Shown here one piece after another: positions 9,910-18,960 of a stretch of 64,000 nt of DNA; positions within the stretch are counted from its first letter, which is position 1, and each line of letters begins with the position of its first letter. The notes under the pieces were generated by a model. The model did no database searches and had not been told where the DNA came from. It saw only the letters and a list, made by a program, of their open reading frames with translations. This stretch comes from an uncultured Candidatus Saccharibacteria bacterium. Its GTDB lineage: Bacteria; Patescibacteriota; Saccharimonadia; Saccharimonadales; Saccharimonadaceae. Made by a program: the position numbers and the translations under genes. The DNA lies in contig CAZKUW010000002.1 of the NCBI GenBank assembly GCA_964556125.1, positions 37,380-101,379 of the forward strand, given 5' to 3'.

Positions 9910-10176
9910 CTAGCTCACCAGCGCCAACTCTCGAATCGGCTCTTCAGCCATTTCGACAGCGACATCCGTCTCGAGTGCGACCCACAGTAGACCGCTGATG
10001 AACTGACGACGTCCGGCCACGAGTTCGCGGACGGACATCTTCAGAAGCAGCTTCGAGATCCCGTTGGCGGTGATGGCGTACTGAACCGCCACCGCCGCAT
10101 CCTGGAGGTTGTTGAAGGTTTCGCTCTCAAGAAGCAAGGTATCAACAACCTTAACGATCGGTTCCTGTGTGCTCAT
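9910..10176 (-). CDS. GC-rich islet B: hypothetical protein (88 aa)
   Basis: ATG 10176 is preceded by AGGGAG. GC-rich third codon positions in this frame. MSTQEPIVKVVDTLLLESETF.... The track ORF is extended to 10221. Confidence 0.6.
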   Translation of the reverse strand: MSTQEPIVKVVDTLLLESETFNNLQDAAVAVQYAITANGISKLLLKMSVRELVAGRRQFISGLLWVALETDVAVEMAEEPIRELALVS

Positions 10177-10223
10177 GTATCTCCCTCGTTGTGTGAATGC
10201 GGTAGTGCAGACGACAATCACTG

Positions 10224-10252
10224 ATTGTATACTATTACGACATATTTTTCAA
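10224..10252 (-). promoter_or_regulatory. promoter of islet B (TTGAAA-17 bp-TACAAT)
   Basis: Read on the minus strand: TTGAAA, a 17-nt spacer, then TACAAT, about 48 nt upstream of the ATG. Confidence 0.5.
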
Positions 10253-10317
10253 TTACGCCAAGGGTGGGGGAATAGCGTCCTGGTCAATACACCACCCATA
10301 GTGCCTCAAAGGGGTTA

Positions 10318-10346
10318 TTGACATATTTACTATAGTTTTATATACT
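10318..10346 (+). promoter_or_regulatory. rplJ-rplL promoter (TTGACA-17 bp-TATACT)
   Basis: Consensus -35 TTGACA at 10318-10323, a 17-nt spacer, and TATACT at 10341-10346. This gives a leader of about 180 nt. Confidence 0.65.
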
Positions 10347-10359
10347 CCCTAGTAGACAT

Positions 10360-10464
10360 CCCAAAGACAGTAGCTGTGGCAACACTTAATTCGCTACCGA
10401 GGTAAATGTAAAACATACATTTTTTCAGTCTTTGGCAGTGCGAGAACCAAAGACTTTTTGTTTT
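10360..10464 (+). promoter_or_regulatory. rplJ leader with terminator/antiterminator alternative pairing (L10-leader-like attenuator)
   Basis: AGTCTTTGG (10427-35) pairs with CCAAAGACT (10447-55), followed by TTTTGTTTT. An upstream CCAAAGAC (10361-68) can pair with the same 5' arm. Confidence 0.55.
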
Positions 10465-10535
10465 CTCTGGGAAAAGCTGCCTGTCTAGCATGACTTAACA
10501 ATTTGGCCGAATGAATAATAACCAAGGAGATTTTT

Positions 10536-11060
10536 ATGGCAATTACCCGCGATAAAAAGAACGAATTGGTTGCTGAAATGGGCGAACTGTTCACAAGTGC
10601 AAAAGCAACTGCTTTCGCACACTACGACGGTTTAAGTGTCGCTGACCTTCAAAAGTTACGTGCACAAGCCCGCGAAGCTGGCGTGGTTATCCGAGTGGTT
10701 AAAAACCGCTTGGTCCGCGTTGCTCTCGGTGAAGTCGAGGCATATAAAAACACTGATGTCTCAGGCCTTACTGGACAACTCCTTTACGCTATTAGCGCTG
10801 AGGATGAAGTTGCTCCCGCAAAGACCTTGAGTACATTTGCAAAAACCAATGACGCGCTTGTCATCGCTGGTGGATTTTCTAACGAAGGAGCTCTTTTGAG
10901 CGCCGCGGAAGTTACCTCACTTGCGAGCCTGCCAAGCAAGAACCAACTTATTGGCGAAGTCATTGCACAACTGCTTTCACCAGTTCACGATATCACCAAC
11001 GCACTTCAGGGCAACCTGCACGCGCTTTTGGATGGTATTGAAGCTAAAGCAACCAGTTAA
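10536..11060 (+). CDS. rplJ: 50S ribosomal protein L10
   Basis: 174 aa. AAGGAG RBS. KKNELVAEMGELF...ADLQKLRAQAREAGVVIRVVKNRL is typical of L10. Confidence 0.93.
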   Translation: MAITRDKKNELVAEMGELFTSAKATAFAHYDGLSVADLQKLRAQAREAGVVIRVVKNRLVRVALGEVEAYKNTDVSGLTGQLLYAISAEDEVAPAKTLSTFAKTNDALVIAGGFSNEGALLSAAEVTSLASLPSKNQLIGEVIAQLLSPVHDITNALQGNLHALLDGIEAKATS

Positions 11061-11096
11061 TTACATATAATTTAAAGAATTTTAAAGGAGTCACTT

Positions 11097-11471
11097 ATGG
11101 CTGATTTGAAAAAACTTGCAGAAAGCCTCGTTGGCTTGACTGTACTTGAGGTCAACGAACTCAAGACCATTTTGAAAGATGAATACGGCATCGAGCCAGC
11201 TGCTGCAGCTGTCGCTGTTGCTGGACCTGCTGCAGAAGCAGCACCTGCTGAAGAAGCAAAATCTGACTACACTATCGTCCTTAAAGACGCTGGTGCACAA
11301 AAAGTTGCTGTTATTAAGGCTGTTAAAGACATTACTGGTCTTGGCCTTGGTGAAGCAAAAGCTATCGTTGACGGTGCACCTGCAACCGTTAAAGAAAAAG
11401 CTCCTAAAGAAGAAGCTGAAGCTGCAAAGAAAACCCTCGAAGAAGCCGGCGCAACCGTCGAACTTCAATAA
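11097..11471 (+). CDS. rplL: 50S ribosomal protein L7/L12
   Basis: 124 aa. AAAGGAG RBS. An Ala/Pro hinge, then [27 protein letters not shown]...[18 protein letters not shown]. Confidence 0.95.
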   Translation: MADLKKLAESLVGLTVLEVNELKTILKDEYGIEPAAAAVAVAGPAAEAAPAEEAKSDYTIVLKDAGAQKVAVIKAVKDITGLGLGEAKAIVDGAPATVKEKAPKEEAEAAKKTLEEAGATVELQ

Positions 11472-11499
11472 TAGCTATTCGGCCATTTGTTGTCTTAAT

Positions 11500-11530
11500 A
11501 CACCGTCCCTCACAGGGCGGTGTATTTGTT
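11500..11530 (+). terminator. intrinsic terminator after rplL
   Basis: ACACCG(T)CCCT-cac-AGGGCGGTGT followed by ATTTGTT. Confidence 0.7.
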
Positions 11531-11602
11531 AGGCAAAATATACAACGTTTTTTATTCTACCTCTGATTTGTTTGTGGAAAAGAAAAAGTTTACAATGATG
11601 GC

Positions 11603-12457
11603 ATGACAGAATTGTCCCCCCGAGTTATATACAGTCCTGAGACCAAACATCTCACTCTTCGGGCAACGCCTGACCCAGAATTTACTGATCGTATCCAGCG
11701 AGATCTTGTACTGATTGATGGTAAACCTGGATACGAAGTAGCAGAGTTGGCTGATGGCGATTTTTCACTAGACGTCGATATCGACCAAGTCATCGAAGAG
11801 AGAGACGATCCCTACGAGGGGCATTCCGCCGATGAGCTCATCGCGACACTGGGATCTTTTGGCCATCTTCACTACAAAGACCCACGTGATGGAGTCGTCT
11901 CTGTTGGAATGATCAGTAACTGGGGGCTAAAGACACCTGTTTACCATCAATTCCAATCTTGGCTCAATGAAGCAGGCCTGAACGAAGCAATTGCAAGAGA
12001 AACCATCACGAGTATGGCGCAGCCCTTTGGCACAGCGACACTACAAGAAATTATGAAATTATTTGAATATCGCGAGGGACCTCTTGGTTCTGGCGGTTTC
12101 ACTGAGGGATGGATGAAAGTCACCAGTCGACTAGAAGGGCTTAAAATGTATGACACAACGACAGAAGGCGATGCTATCACCGAACGATTGGGGAAAGCTG
12201 ATTGGCGCGTTATAGATCTTACGACTGATGGAAGTTGTGCGTGTTTCGGTTTGGATGGGAACGATAAAAGCCACATACGCGTAGATAGTGATCGCACCAA
12301 AGATCTATACGAGCTGAAACCTCACAACGTTGACCACGGCATACAGTCTCTAAGCCTGTTGCTAGGGCTGGGCAATCTTGCTCGTCATGCCGCATCCTAC
12401 ACGCCAAATCAAGACCTACTCGAGTCAGTCGAATGGTACCGACACCAAACATTCTAA
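11603..12457 (+). CDS. hypothetical protein (284 aa)
   Basis: The ORF occupies the position where rpoB usually follows rplL. TACAAT lies 6 nt before the ATG (leaderless-type start). No family recognised. Confidence 0.6.
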   Translation: MTELSPRVIYSPETKHLTLRATPDPEFTDRIQRDLVLIDGKPGYEVAELADGDFSLDVDIDQVIEERDDPYEGHSADELIATLGSFGHLHYKDPRDGVVSVGMISNWGLKTPVYHQFQSWLNEAGLNEAIARETITSMAQPFGTATLQEIMKLFEYREGPLGSGGFTEGWMKVTSRLEGLKMYDTTTEGDAITERLGKADWRVIDLTTDGSCACFGLDGNDKSHIRVDSDRTKDLYELKPHNVDHGIQSLSLLLGLGNLARHAASYTPNQDLLESVEWYRHQTF

Positions 12458-12538
12458 TATTGACATACTGATTACGCCTTGGTATAAGTGGGGTAATACA
12501 ACTTCAAAAATACACAGATTAAGGAATTGCGAGTACCC

Positions 12539-13057
12539 ATGTCTGACCTACCAGAGAAACAAGTAAAGCGACTTCACGCTTTAATTCAAGAAGCAGAAAC
12601 AAACCTAGCAGCTGCTAAGGAATTATTGATTAGTATCATTGGTGATGATGGCACAGTTATCACCCCAAAGACCAGCAATAACGAAGAAGTTGGCGGCAAG
12701 GTTATCGAGGGTGTGTTTGACGGTCAAAAGATGGCTGGACCTGATGGCAAAGAGTACCCTGTGCCTGCTAACTATGCCAGCAAGTCAAAGCTTGTTGAAG
12801 GCGATATTCTTAAACTGACTATTGCGGACGACGGTAGCTTCATTTACAAGCAAATTGGCCCGATCGAACGAACTCAGATTATCGGTACTCTCGTCCAACA
12901 TGACGGGGCTTATTACGTCGAAGCGAACGGAAAAGAATACCGTATCCTTCTCGCTAGTGTGACTTATTTCCGTATCAACGTTGGCGACCAAGTGACCATT
13001 ATTATCCCAACTGACAACCCAGATGCTACTTGGGCGGCTGTCGAAGCGTCACTTTAG
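12539..13057 (+). CDS. hypothetical protein (about 172 aa)
   Basis: The start is placed at ATG 12539 (MSDLPEKQ...); the track start at 12527 is a TTG. No family recognised. Confidence 0.55.
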   Translation: MSDLPEKQVKRLHALIQEAETNLAAAKELLISIIGDDGTVITPKTSNNEEVGGKVIEGVFDGQKMAGPDGKEYPVPANYASKSKLVEGDILKLTIADDGSFIYKQIGPIERTQIIGTLVQHDGAYYVEANGKEYRILLASVTYFRINVGDQVTIIIPTDNPDATWAAVEASL

Positions 13058-13062
13058 TCAGA

Positions 13063-13091
13063 TTGACTTTTACCTCTTAAAATGATATAAT
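13063..13091 (+). promoter_or_regulatory. consensus promoter of islet C (TTGACT-17 bp-TATAAT)
   Basis: TTGACT at 13063-68, a 17-nt spacer, and TATAAT at 13086-91. Confidence 0.65.
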
Positions 13092-13171
13092 CAACCTCAG
13101 CTTTTTGCGTTTCATCGCGATTGGCTTGTCCTGTGAGTTCGCTCACGCCGAAAAGTAGGAAAGCTGGGGAA

Positions 13172-13798
13172 ATGAATAGCTTGCTGTACCCGCCTCTCAT
13201 CGAGGTGGTCTCCCGCGATCGTGCCGCGATGTCGGCCCTTCGTAGCGCCCGCATCTTCCACACCGTTGGACTGACTCTCTGGAGTCGAGAGGAGCTGGTC
13301 GCCGACACAGGCGTCACGCTCACTCAGGTCCGACACATGGAGGTGGCCCTCAAGGAGGCTGGACTCGCACTGCGTCCGTACTCCTACAAGAAGGTGGACA
13401 TGGTCATTGACCAGCTGCCCGTGAACGAGACCTCGTCTGCGGAGCTGCTCCACCTGTGGTTCACCCAGAGGGAAGCGGATCTCAAGAGGAAAGATAGCGT
13501 CAGGTACTATCCCTGCGCCGTCGTCACCCTCCTGACCGCGAACCTCGGCTGCAAGACGGTCGGCGATGTCCTGGAGATCAACACCGGAGAAATTCGCCGG
13601 CTACTCCGATCGCTCACCGAAGGTCAGTGGCAGTTCTACGCGGGTCACAATCCGCGTGTACGGCGCGATGCCAGTCGAGAAGTCATCATCCCCAAGATGG
13701 TGACGAACTACTTCGACCGACTCGGCCGCTGGGGTCTCACCGAGAAGGTGAAAGTGCTGACGCACGCTTCACCGACGCCTACAAGATCGGCTCGCTGA
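13172..13798 (+). CDS. GC-rich islet C: protein with two RpoA alpha-CTD-like helix-hairpin-helix repeats
   Basis: ATG 13172 follows GGGGAA. IFHTVGLTLWSREELVADTGVTLTQVRHMEVALKEAGLAL aligns by eye with RpoA CTD [40 protein letters not shown]. A second, weaker copy is LTANLGCKTVGDVLEINTGEIRRLL. Confidence 0.6.
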   Translation: MNSLLYPPLIEVVSRDRAAMSALRSARIFHTVGLTLWSREELVADTGVTLTQVRHMEVALKEAGLALRPYSYKKVDMVIDQLPVNETSSAELLHLWFTQREADLKRKDSVRYYPCAVVTLLTANLGCKTVGDVLEINTGEIRRLLRSLTEGQWQFYAGHNPRVRRDASREVIIPKMVTNYFDRLGRWGLTEKVKVLTHASPTPTRSAR

Positions 13799-13817
13799 GC
13801 TCACCGGACATGCTGAT

Positions 13818-13833
13818 CCGCCCTCCGGGGCGG
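13818..13833 (+). terminator. GC hairpin after islet C
   Basis: CCGCCC-tccg-GGGCGG, followed by a second imperfect hairpin GTGACCCCTAG...CTAGGGATCAC. No clear T-run. Confidence 0.45.
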
Positions 13834-13963
13834 GTCGGCGTGACCCCTAGAAACAGGTGAAAACGTGTTACTAGGGATCACTTGCAAAAGCAACACATAA
13901 GCACTATAGTAGGTGTATCACTGAGGTGAAAACAAAAAAGGGTGACCAAATTAGGGGATTAGT

Positions 13964-14578
13964 GTGGCAAAACTTCATTTTAAGTACGGTGCGATGAATA
14001 GCGGTAAGAGCGATACCCTTATTAAGACTGCCTATAACTACATTGAGCGTGGTCTCAGCGTCGTTGTCGTAAAACCGAGCATCGATACAAAAGGCGATAA
14101 CTTAATCGTTGCGCGTGCCGGTATGACCCGTGCAGTTGATATTATTGCGACACCTGATCTCGATATCCGCCTCTCAGTAAAAAAATATGCAAAAGACAAT
14201 GGCATCGAACACATTGCCTGCGTGCTTATTGACGAAGCCCAATTCTTGACCGACGAACAGATCAATCAACTTTTTTCAATCGCAAAAGAGGATCAGACAT
14301 CAGTCATTGCCTATGGACTGCGCGCTGACTTTAGAACTGAGCTATTCCCTGGCAGCAAAAGACTCCTTGAACTTGCAGATAACATCGAAAAACTACCGAC
14401 AATGTGTCGTTGTGGAAACCAAGCCGAGTTTAACTGCCGAAAAGTAAATGACGAATATATTTTTGAGGGAGAACAGGTCGCCATCGACGGCGAAGGCAGC
14501 GTTACCTACGATTCATTATGTGGATCGTGCTATTTAACAGAGAAGGCACTCGCAGCGTCCAAAAACACAACAAAATAG
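13964..14578 (+). CDS. tdk: thymidine kinase
   Basis: GTG start. P-loop GAMNSGKS, IDEAQF, and the C-terminal zinc motif CRCG...C..C. Confidence 0.9.
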   Translation: MAKLHFKYGAMNSGKSDTLIKTAYNYIERGLSVVVVKPSIDTKGDNLIVARAGMTRAVDIIATPDLDIRLSVKKYAKDNGIEHIACVLIDEAQFLTDEQINQLFSIAKEDQTSVIAYGLRADFRTELFPGSKRLLELADNIEKLPTMCRCGNQAEFNCRKVNDEYIFEGEQVAIDGEGSVTYDSLCGSCYLTEKALAASKNTTK

Positions 14579-14622
14579 ACCAACCGGAAACGGTATACTA
14601 AAACAAACAAAGGGGAATCAAC

Positions 14623-16107
14623 GTGGCACAAGCACTGTATCGAAAATATCGTAGTAAGTCATTGGCGGAAGTTGTCGGCCAATCACACATCACCGATATT
14701 TTATCGCGAGCAATCAAGACAGGGCGAATCTCACACGCCTACTTACTTACTGGACCTCGAGGTGTTGGTAAAACCTCTGTTGCCCGTATTCTTGCTCACG
14801 AGATTAACAACTTGCCTTATGATGACGACTCGACACATCTCGATATCATCGAAATTGATGCAGCTAGTAATAATGGAGTTGAAGATGTCCGAACACTTCG
14901 AGAAAAGGTACAAATCGCTCCCGTATCAGCAGCCAAGAAGGTCTACATCATCGATGAAGTACACATGCTCTCAAAAGCCGCCTTTAATGCACTCCTAAAA
15001 ACACTTGAGGAGCCGCCTGAGCACGTTGTATTCATTCTTGCGACAACAGACGCCGATAAGCTACCGGCAACCATTATCAGCCGTACACAGCGCTATGGTT
15101 TCCGAGCGATAAACGACACAGACGCTATCAAACATCTTCGTCATATTGCCGATGAAGAAAAGATTACAATCGACGATGCGTCACTTGCTATCATTGCGGC
15201 AAGGGGAGACGGCAGTTTTCGAGACAGCATCAGTCTTCTCGACCAGCTCTCAAGTTTGGCTGATGAAAAAACTGGCATTACTCCGGAACTCGTCGCAAAT
15301 ACACTTGGTCTCGCGCCATTTGATGTTGTTGATGACCTTCTGAGTGCAGTCGAAGCTCATGACGTCACTAAAGTAGCGAAGTTACTCCACGACACCGAAG
15401 CAGACGGAATCAGCGCGGTCACACTCACACAACAACTCACCTTGAAGCTCCGTGAACTCATCGCTGAAAAACCACAACTTCTGCCACTCTTCGACAACCT
15501 TCTTGACGTCGCTCGATCGAGCCAACCATCACTTAAGCTTCTCAGCACCCTCGGCACCGCCGCACTCGAAAACAAACCCCAAAAAACTGCCGCCCTCGCA
15601 ACCCCAGTACTCGAAGTTACCGCAACCATCGAAGAACTCTCAAAACAAGCCACGCGCGTAAAACCCTCAATAAAAGTTGAGCCAGTAACCGAAGAGTCCT
15701 TTTTAGAAGGGGATGTCCCTTCCAAGGCGAGCCAAGCGCCACGGGCTGAGCAAAGCTCACCCGTAAAGCGGCCCCTGAAAAAAAGCGAATCTTCGGTTAC
15801 GGACTTCGATTCTACTGAGCTCATTGAACATGCTCGCACCAACTTCGTTGCCCTCTACAGCGTCCTCTGCAAATGTGCATTTAGCCTAGAAGACAGCGAA
15901 TTAACCATCTACACCCAGAACAATTTTTACAAAAAGAAGCTCGACGACCCAAAGTACAGTAAACACCTTTACGACTCGCTCGAGACCCTTGGTTATAAAC
16001 TCAGTATCCACACAATACCCACACCTCAGCCACCCCGAGATAGCAAAGCTGCCGCGATAGCTGTTATCATGGGTGGAGGAGAAGAGGTTTCCATCGAAAC
16101 CTCGTAA
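14623..16107 (+). CDS. dnaX: DNA polymerase III subunit gamma/tau
   Basis: GTG start. YRKYRSK.L.EVVGQ.H, GPRGVGKTS, IIDEVHMLS..AFNALLKTLEEPP and SRTQRY. Confidence 0.92.
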   Translation: MAQALYRKYRSKSLAEVVGQSHITDILSRAIKTGRISHAYLLTGPRGVGKTSVARILAHEINNLPYDDDSTHLDIIEIDAASNNGVEDVRTLREKVQIAPVSAAKKVYIIDEVHMLSKAAFNALLKTLEEPPEHVVFILATTDADKLPATIISRTQRYGFRAINDTDAIKHLRHIADEEKITIDDASLAIIAARGDGSFRDSISLLDQLSSLADEKTGITPELVANTLGLAPFDVVDDLLSAVEAHDVTKVAKLLHDTEADGISAVTLTQQLTLKLRELIAEKPQLLPLFDNLLDVARSSQPSLKLLSTLGTAALENKPQKTAALATPVLEVTATIEELSKQATRVKPSIKVEPVTEESFLEGDVPSKASQAPRAEQSSPVKRPLKKSESSVTDFDSTELIEHARTNFVALYSVLCKCAFSLEDSELTIYTQNNFYKKKLDDPKYSKHLYDSLETLGYKLSIHTIPTPQPPRDSKAAAIAVIMGGGEEVSIETS

Positions 16108-16114
16108 ATGAGGC

Positions 16115-17464
16115 ATGGCTGACAAGAACGTTCCTGCGGGGAAAATTCCACCACAAAACCTAGACGCCGAGATGAGTCTGCTCGGTGCTGTTTTGATTGA
16201 TGAAGAAACACTTGCCGACATTACTGAGCACGTCAAAGCCCATGACTTTTATGACAAGCGCCATGCCATCGTTTATGATGCCATGATGCGTCTTTATGAA
16301 AAACGCCGTCCGGTTGATCTTTTGACTCTTACTGAAGAGCTCAAACGAAAGAATGAAATCGAAACCGTTGGCGGCTCAGCGTATCTTACAGAGCTGACGA
16401 ACTACGTGCCGACCGCGGCACACGCTGAAAGCTACGCTGAAATCGTGGCACAGAAAGCTGTTCGTCGTCGTCTCATTAAAGCCAGTGCCGATATTTCTGA
16501 ACTCGGCTTTAACGAGGAGACATCAACCCAAGAACTTCTTGAACAAGCTGAAGCAGAACTCTTTTCTGTCAGTGATCAATCTCTGAAACAAGACCTCGTC
16601 AGTATTGAAAGTATTTTGACAGAGAGTTTCGACCGTATGGAAGAACTCCACCGTAACAAGGGGAGTCTTCGTGGCGTCAGAACTGGCTACCGTGATCTTG
16701 ATAATATGACAGCAGGTCTACAAAGAAGCGACTTGATTATCCTGGCAGCCCGTCCAGCAATGGGTAAAACAACACTCGTCACAAACTTGGCATACAACGT
16801 GGCGACGATCGCAAAGCAACCAGTTCTCTTCTTTAGTCTTGAGATGAGTAAAGAACAGCTTGTTGATCGTATGCTCGCAGATGCATCGGGAGTTGATGGT
16901 TGGGCAATCCGAACCGGAAATCTTTCTGATGAAGACTTTAGTAAACTTTCTGAAGCTATGGGTGAAATGGCTGAAGCGCCGATCTTTATTGATGACACTC
17001 CAGGAGTCAGTGTGCTTGAGATGCGCACAAAAGCCCGTCGCGCTGCACACGAACAGCCACTCGGCCTTATCATCGTCGACTACCTCCAGCTGATGCAGGG
17101 GAGTGGGCGAGATGGCGGCAATCGCGTACAAGAGGTGAGTGAAATCTCACGTGGCCTGAAGCTGCTCGCTCGTGAGTTGAACGTTCCTGTGATTGCACTT
17201 TCTCAGTTGTCTCGTTCTGTCGAATCCCGTTCACCTCAAATCCCTCAACTCGCTGACCTCCGTGAATCAGGATCAATCGAGCAAGATGCCGATATTGTTA
17301 TGTTTATTTACCGTGAAGCGTATTACAACCCAGATACCGACCGAGGGAACATCACCGACCTGATTATCGCCAAGCACCGTAACGGACCGACCGGTAAGGT
17401 TGAACTTTACTTCCACCCAGAACGTCTCCGCTTCATGTCACTCGACCGCAAGCATGATGAGTAA
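16115..17464 (+). CDS. dnaB: replicative DNA helicase DnaB
   Basis: PPQNLDAEMSLLGAVLID, Walker A ARPAMGKTT, IIVDYLQLM and SQLSRSVESR. Confidence 0.95.
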   Translation: MADKNVPAGKIPPQNLDAEMSLLGAVLIDEETLADITEHVKAHDFYDKRHAIVYDAMMRLYEKRRPVDLLTLTEELKRKNEIETVGGSAYLTELTNYVPTAAHAESYAEIVAQKAVRRRLIKASADISELGFNEETSTQELLEQAEAELFSVSDQSLKQDLVSIESILTESFDRMEELHRNKGSLRGVRTGYRDLDNMTAGLQRSDLIILAARPAMGKTTLVTNLAYNVATIAKQPVLFFSLEMSKEQLVDRMLADASGVDGWAIRTGNLSDEDFSKLSEAMGEMAEAPIFIDDTPGVSVLEMRTKARRAAHEQPLGLIIVDYLQLMQGSGRDGGNRVQEVSEISRGLKLLARELNVPVIALSQLSRSVESRSPQIPQLADLRESGSIEQDADIVMFIYREAYYNPDTDRGNITDLIIAKHRNGPTGKVELYFHPERLRFMSLDRKHDE

Positions 17465-17485
17465 GTGATATAATCAAAGTATTCT

Positions 17486-18922
17486 ATGGCATCGTTAGAT
17501 CTGACCAAGTACATTCTGTATAGGTGGCGTTACATCCTAGGCTATGCTGTTATTGGTTTGCTTCTGGCGGCACTCCTTATTTTTGCAGGACTCTTCATTC
17601 CTGGTGGCATCTCTCCCGAAGAAATGCGTGCTGCTGTGCGCGCCGATAACCTCTCCTTGAGCGATTGGAGTACACTAGGTGTCACAAGTCTCCCGTATTA
17701 TCTTCTCCAAGCGACAATTTTTCACTTCTTTGGTATTTATGACTTTACGATAAAAATACCTTCACTCATATTGGCCCTTTTTTCTGCGATTGGGCTTATT
17801 TTGCTCCTCAGACGATGGTTTAAACCAAATATTGCCGTCCTCGCATCACTAATTGCTATTACCACCGGTCAATTCTTATTCGTTGCTCAAAATGGTACGC
17901 CGAGTATTCTTTATATCTTCTGGCCCGTCCTCCTGCTTCTTCTCGGTACACAAGTCACCCGAGCAAAACGTTTCCGAGGTTTCTGGAAAGTTTCTTTTGC
18001 CATATCAGCAGCACTCAGCCTCTATACACCACTCAGTATCTATCCATTACTTGCTATATTCTTGGCGATTATTCTCCACCCGCACCTACGCAACGCCGTC
18101 CGCCGGCTATCGAAAGTGAAAGTCACCATTAGCGTTCTACTCGGCGCGATTATTGTTTCACCACTCGTTATCCTCATTTGGCAAACACCTCAGCTTGGCC
18201 TGACCATGCTCGGCATTCCTTCCACTTGGCCACCTGATATCGCTGCCAATGTGGTGACAGTGCTCAAACAATACTTTGTCTTCTGGGCACCGAGTACTAC
18301 CACCCTCATGACCCCAGTCTTTGGACTTGGTTCCGTTCTCATTATCTTGCTCGGTCTTTATCGAATGATTCGTACACGCGAGACAACCCGCAGCTACCTG
18401 CTCATTATCTGGCTACTCTGTTTAATTCCAGTCCTAGTGCTCAACCCTATATTTACGAGTGTCACTTTTGTTCCGATGGTACTACTGCTCGCAGCAGGGT
18501 TAACCAGCCTTATTGGCTATTGGTACCGTCTCTTCCCTCGTAATCCTTACGCACGTATCTCAGGACTTGTACCGCTCGTTATCCTCGTTGTTGTTCTTAT
18601 GGGGTCGGGGCTCGATCGATTTGTCTACGGATACCATTACGACCCAAATACTGCGGTGAACTTTTCAAGGGACCTCAAGTTATTGCCAAAAGATACGACT
18701 AGCCTCGTCGTCTCGGCAGATGAATTACCATTCTACCAAGCGGTTTCTCACCACCGCGACGGGCTCACTGTCTCGACACAACCAGATCTGAGCGTTCCTA
18801 GCTTTACAACCACACGAGCAGCAAAGAATAATTACAGTTTATATGCTATCGATAAGATCATTACGACCACCTACTCAAAAGATAGTGATCGCCTCTATAT
18901 CTATAAAAAGGTAACTCAGTAA
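17486..18922 (+). CDS. polytopic membrane protein, GT-C/ArnT-PMT-like glycosyltransferase candidate
   Basis: 478 aa with 10 or more predicted TM helices and a C-terminal soluble tail. The family call rests on architecture only. Confidence 0.45.
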   Translation: MASLDLTKYILYRWRYILGYAVIGLLLAALLIFAGLFIPGGISPEEMRAAVRADNLSLSDWSTLGVTSLPYYLLQATIFHFFGIYDFTIKIPSLILALFSAIGLILLLRRWFKPNIAVLASLIAITTGQFLFVAQNGTPSILYIFWPVLLLLLGTQVTRAKRFRGFWKVSFAISAALSLYTPLSIYPLLAIFLAIILHPHLRNAVRRLSKVKVTISVLLGAIIVSPLVILIWQTPQLGLTMLGIPSTWPPDIAANVVTVLKQYFVFWAPSTTTLMTPVFGLGSVLIILLGLYRMIRTRETTRSYLLIIWLLCLIPVLVLNPIFTSVTFVPMVLLLAAGLTSLIGYWYRLFPRNPYARISGLVPLVILVVVLMGSGLDRFVYGYHYDPNTAVNFSRDLKLLPKDTTSLVVSADELPFYQAVSHHRDGLTVSTQPDLSVPSFTTTRAAKNNYSLYAIDKIITTTYSKDSDRLYIYKKVTQ

Positions 18923-18960
18923 CGTATAATTAAGGCAGTAAGTAAAGACGGAGTTAAATT

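Noticed and set aside
9788-13933. Recurrent AGGTGAAA(A)C motif at islet boundaries (9788-9796, 13855-13864, 13924-13933) as a possible insertion-site repeat
   Set aside because: Its orientation relative to the islet gene differs between B and C. It is absent from the boundaries of islets D to I. The two copies near 13.9 kb simply flank the tdk promoter. It is probably chance or an unrelated operator.
15778-15784. A7 run in dnaX as a programmed -1 frameshift site producing a gamma-like product
   Set aside because: In the zero frame the run reads CTG AAA AAA AGC, so it is not a proper X XXY YYZ heptamer (the preceding base is G and the following codon is AGC). No downstream stimulatory hairpin is seen. 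A -1 shift would give a 12-codon tail, which is possible but unsupported.
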